NCBI GenBank assembly: GCA_934162265.1
Contig: CAKPHZ010000001.1
Location: forward strand, 3,547 to 67,546
DNA length: 64,000 bases
Reading direction: 5' to 3'
Origin: an uncultured Bacilli bacterium
Lineage (GTDB): Bacteria; Bacillota_I; Bacilli_A; RF39; UBA660
Shown here: positions 61,011-64,000 of the stretch, piece after piece
How positions within the stretch are numbered: the first letter of the stretch is position 1
Layout of the letters: every line of letters starts with the position of its first letter
The notes under the pieces: generated by a model
Database searches by the model: none
Seen by the model: the letters and a program-made list of their open reading frames with translations, nothing else
Told to the model about the DNA's origin: nothing
Translations under genes and position numbers: made by a program

Positions 61011-61787
61011 TTATTCCTTAATGTTCTTTTTCAGTACTTTAATCGCATTTTTTTCAATTCTAGAGATTTGGGCTTGGCTAATTCCTAGTTCACTTGCTAT
61101 TTCCATTTGTGTTTTTCCTATCATAAACCTTTCTTCTATAATTTGTTTATCTCTTGGTTTTAAATTACTCATTGCTTTTGCGACTGCTAATTTATAATCT
61201 ATGTCATATTCTTCTTTTTTGTTACTAATTTGATCAAAAAGATAGATGGTATCTCCTCCGTCGTTATAAATTGGTTCGTACATACTCATTGGTTCTCTTA
61301 ATGATTCTAAGGCATTAGAAATTTCAAATTCTGTTACTCCTAATATTGTTGCAATCTCTTTATCTGTTGGTTCTATTCCATTTGTCGTTACTAATTCTTC
61401 TTTTAATTTTAAGGTTTTATAAGCTAAATCTTTAATACTTCGACTTACTCTTAAGGAAGAATTATCTCTTAAATATCTTTTAATTTCTCCTAATATCATG
61501 GGAACTGCATAGGTAGATAGTTTTACATCATAACTGATATCAAAATTATCGATTGCCTTTACTAATCCTAAACAGCCTACTTGAAATAGATCATCTAAAT
61601 TATCCGTTTTGCCATTAAATTTTCTTAAAATTGATAAAACTAATTTTAGATTTCCACTGATTAAATCCTCTCTGGCAAAGGGATCTCCTTCTTTTAATTT
61701 TTGAAATAATTCTTTGTTCTCTTCATTAGTTAAAACCTTCATATTCGCAGTATTCACGCCACAGATATCTACTTTATGACGTGCCAT
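61011..61787 (-). CDS. sigG: Sporulation sigma factor SigG (sigma-70 family)
   Basis: Near-collinear match to the SigG signature: KVDICGVNTANMKVLTNEE, DDLFQVGCLGLVKAIDNFD, STYAVPMILGEIKRYLRDN, and the region-4 helix-turn-helix GKTQMEIASELGISQAQISRIEK. Confidence 0.85.
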   Translation of the reverse strand: MARHKVDICGVNTANMKVLTNEENKELFQKLKEGDPFAREDLISGNLKLVLSILRKFNGKTDNLDDLFQVGCLGLVKAIDNFDISYDVKLSTYAVPMILGEIKRYLRDNSSLRVSRSIKDLAYKTLKLKEELVTTNGIEPTDKEIATILGVTEFEISNALESLREPMSMYEPIYNDGGDTIYLFDQISNKKEEYDIDYKLAVAKAMSNLKPRDKQIIEERFMIGKTQMEIASELGISQAQISRIEKNAIKVLKKNIKE

Positions 61788-61840
61788 AAAAAATCTCCTT
61801 TCTACTCTTCATCTTGAGGTAGTTAGGAGATTTTTATACA

Positions 61841-62743
61841 TTAATCTTTAATTTTATATTCTTTTTTAAATGTTTTATATGACATTTCTTCTTTTAATTC
61901 TGGATGAATTGTTTTTAAAAGAGGTAGAGGATTGTTGTTTGGTTTAGAAAGATAGATGGTATTAAATATTTTTAGTAATTCTTTATCTATACCAATATCT
62001 TTTAAATGGAATAAATATTTATAAAATATATCTAATTCTTTTTTATACATTTCTTCTTCTGCTAGAGTATTTAATAATATCATATTATAACAATATAAAT
62101 CTGTATCATTACTTGGAATCATTATTCCAGATTGTGTTAATTTATATTTATCGGGAATAGATTCTAAATATTTATTTTTTAAAAGATAGTATGCTGTATG
62201 AGAGGGTTCATCTTGTCCTACATAGACACTATCTAAATCAATAGCCCGAACAATATCAGTTTTATCGATAATAAAATTAAATTCATTGAAGTCTCCAAAA
62301 TTCATTTTAAAGCTTTCTTCTTTTACTTCTTGAACTTGATGAAGAATTTTTCCTACTTGTTTTAAATATTCTAATTTTTTGCTGAATTTATTTTCTTCTT
62401 TGGATAGAAAAATTCCTAAATTGGTATGATTTTCTATTAATGGTAGGGCAAATCCTGCTATTTTATTATCTACTACTATAATTGTATCGGGAATGATTAA
62501 TTCTTTTATTTGTTTATAATATCTTGAACTATTTAATAAATTTAGTGCATACATTTTTCTGCCCATAATTTTTTCATCATCTTGTGCATCTAAATATTTA
62601 AATAGCATTCTTTCTCCATTTTCGGTTTTAACCTGATGTTTGTTTAAGACTAACATTAAGGCTTCTGTATTTAATGTTCCTCTTTCTAATACTAATTCTT
62701 TTAATTTTCTTAATTGGTGCATTCTTAAATTAACGATTTTCAT
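61841..62743 (-). CDS. Hypothetical phosphotransferase-fold (APH/CotS/choline-kinase-like) protein
   Basis: NFGDFNEFNFIID...IDLDSVYV resembles the HGDxxxxN...IDFE catalytic and Mg-binding loops of the APH/CotS family; 300 aa. Confidence 0.4.
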   Translation of the reverse strand: MKIVNLRMHQLRKLKELVLERGTLNTEALMLVLNKHQVKTENGERMLFKYLDAQDDEKIMGRKMYALNLLNSSRYYKQIKELIIPDTIIVVDNKIAGFALPLIENHTNLGIFLSKEENKFSKKLEYLKQVGKILHQVQEVKEESFKMNFGDFNEFNFIIDKTDIVRAIDLDSVYVGQDEPSHTAYYLLKNKYLESIPDKYKLTQSGIMIPSNDTDLYCYNMILLNTLAEEEMYKKELDIFYKYLFHLKDIGIDKELLKIFNTIYLSKPNNNPLPLLKTIHPELKEEMSYKTFKKEYKIKD

Positions 62744-62791
62744 TGGTTCCCCCTATTTGATATTTTTAAATGAAAAAACATGTAATAAATA

Positions 62792-64000
62792 TTACACATT
62801 TTTAATATCATTTACTAATTGTTCTATATTATCAAATGAATATTCTTTATTAGTTGATGTTTTCATATTTTTTAACATAAAATTATTTGTTTTAACTTCA
62901 TTTTCACCAACTACTATTACATATGGAATATTTTGTTTATCTGCCCATTCAAAGCATTTTTTGATTTTTCTTTTGTTCATTTCTATTATAACGCAAATAT
63001 TTTTCTTTCTTAATTCATTGGCTATTTTTAATGTATATGCTTCTGTTTCCATAGGAATTAAATAAATTTGAATATCTGGTTCATTGGAAACTTTTTCATT
63101 ATTCTTTTGTAATTCATATATTGAAGATAAGCCAAAACTGATCCCTACTGCTGGATAGATATTTCCATCCCCTATATAATTGGTAATCATATTGTCATAT
63201 CTTCCACCTCCACCAATACTGCTACTTAGTTTTCTTGTTTTTTCATATACTTCAAAAACGTTTCCTGTATAATAATCTTGTCCACGAGCTAGTGTTGGTG
63301 TAAACTTACAATACTTATCTATATTTAGGCTATTGATATAGCAATTTAGAGAGTTAAGTTCTTCTAATCCTGTTTTTAATTCTTTAATATTTGTATCTTG
63401 ATATTTTTCATTTAATTCTAATAATGATAGCTTAAATAATTGAAGTAATTTTTCTGTTTGTTCATCATTTAATCCTACTTTTTGTAAGGTTTCTCTAAAT
63501 TCTTCTTTACTTAATTTATCCATTTTATCAATAATGGTAATTACTGAGCTAATTTTATTTTCTTCAACTGAACAATCTAATATTAATCCTCTCATTAAAT
63601 TTCTGCTGTTATACTCTATTTCAATTTCTATTCCTAGTTTTTGGAAGGCATTGACATATAAGTTTAAGCACTCTGCTTCTATCATTTGCCCAGATAATCC
63701 TACAACATCTACATCACATTGGGTAAATTCTCTATCTCTTCCTAATTTTACTGGACCATCACGAAATACTTTAGCTATTTCATATCTTTTAAAAGGTAGT
63801 CTGATTTGATTTTTATTTAAAGCAATAAATTTAGCAAAAGGAACAGTTAAATCATAACGAAGTCCTAATTCTCTTTTTCCTTGGTCGGTTAATTTATAAA
63901 TTTCTTTTACTAAATCATTATTTTCATCATATTTATCAATTAACATATCATAATAGCATAAAATAGGAGTTTCAATTGGTTGATATCCAAATTCTTTAAA
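62792..64000 (-). CDS. hisS: Histidine--tRNA ligase (5' end lies beyond the window edge)
   Basis: Class II aaRS motifs LRYDLTVPFAKF, FRDGPVKLGRDREFTQCDVD and GGGRYDNMI, plus a C-terminal anticodon-binding domain. The reading frame stays open upstream of the track start to position 64000 (FKEFGYQPIETP...). Confidence 0.85.
   Translation of the reverse strand, partial: FKEFGYQPIETPILCYYDMLIDKYDENNDLVKEIYKLTDQGKRELGLRYDLTVPFAKFIALNKNQIRLPFKRYEIAKVFRDGPVKLGRDREFTQCDVDVVGLSGQMIEAECLNLYVNAFQKLGIEIEIEYNSRNLMRGLILDCSVEENKISSVITIIDKMDKLSKEEFRETLQKVGLNDEQTEKLLQLFKLSLLELNEKYQDTNIKELKTGLEELNSLNCYINSLNIDKYCKFTPTLARGQDYYTGNVFEVYEKTRKLSSSIGGGGRYDNMITNYIGDGNIYPAVGISFGLSSIYELQKNNEKVSNEPDIQIYLIPMETEAYTLKIANELRKKNICVIIEMNKRKIKKCFEWADKQNIPYVIVVGENEVKTNNFMLKNMKTSTNKEYSFDNIEQLVNDIKNV

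Overview
This 64-kb window is very AT-rich chromosomal DNA from a low-GC Firmicute. The sporulation genes sigG, ylmC/ymxH and sspI, together with ezrA, rnhC, a dcw fragment (rsmH-ftsL-PASTA PBP) and the standard genetic code (TGA is a stop at the prfB frameshift site), point to a spore-forming Bacilli/Erysipelotrichia-like organism. The exact taxon cannot be determined from sequence alone.

Most of the window is housekeeping: tgt, priA, rpmF-yceD, efp, rpmG, ftsEX, prfB with its programmed +1 frameshift, recG, ezrA, typA, two tRNA-Arg genes and a 5'-partial hisS. There is also a complete Wzx/Wzy-dependent capsule/exopolysaccharide locus at 3.8-17 kb (LCP, VanZ, ugd, wzx, wzy, two GT4, one GT8, a CpsB-phosphoglycosyl-transferase fusion, cpsD, cpsC).

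The standout is a complete diversity-generating retroelement (DGR) at about 29.7-34.3 kb. A GC-rich 117-bp template repeat (TR, 29680-29796, + strand) matches a variable repeat (VR, 32111-32227, - strand) at the 3' end of a 749-aa Ser/Thr-rich secreted/surface protein gene. The two repeats differ at 18 positions, and every one of them is an adenine in the TR; the other 99 positions (91 non-adenine plus 8 unchanged adenines) are identical. Between them lie a MutS-domain-I-like small gene, an avd-like gene and a DGR-type reverse transcriptase with YxDD, IGxxxSQ and FLGY motifs. The RT reading frame is broken by a -1 frame change at a T10 homopolymer.

The second accessory element is a composite transposon at 56037-60737. 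It consists of two identical 1738-bp IS66-family copies with 25-bp terminal inverted repeats, flanked by an 8-bp target-site duplication ATGGAAAG. The 1.2-kb cargo is gene debris (a frameshifted radical-SAM methylthiotransferase N-terminus and a truncated prepilin peptidase N-terminus) plus a 217-aa ORF, and it sits next to a type IV pilin-like gene.

Other oddities include a 48-bp tandem-repeat proline-rich membrane protein, an Asn/Tyr-rich low-complexity protein, kinase-fold hypotheticals, and a wzx gene with a 200-aa soluble C-terminal extension.
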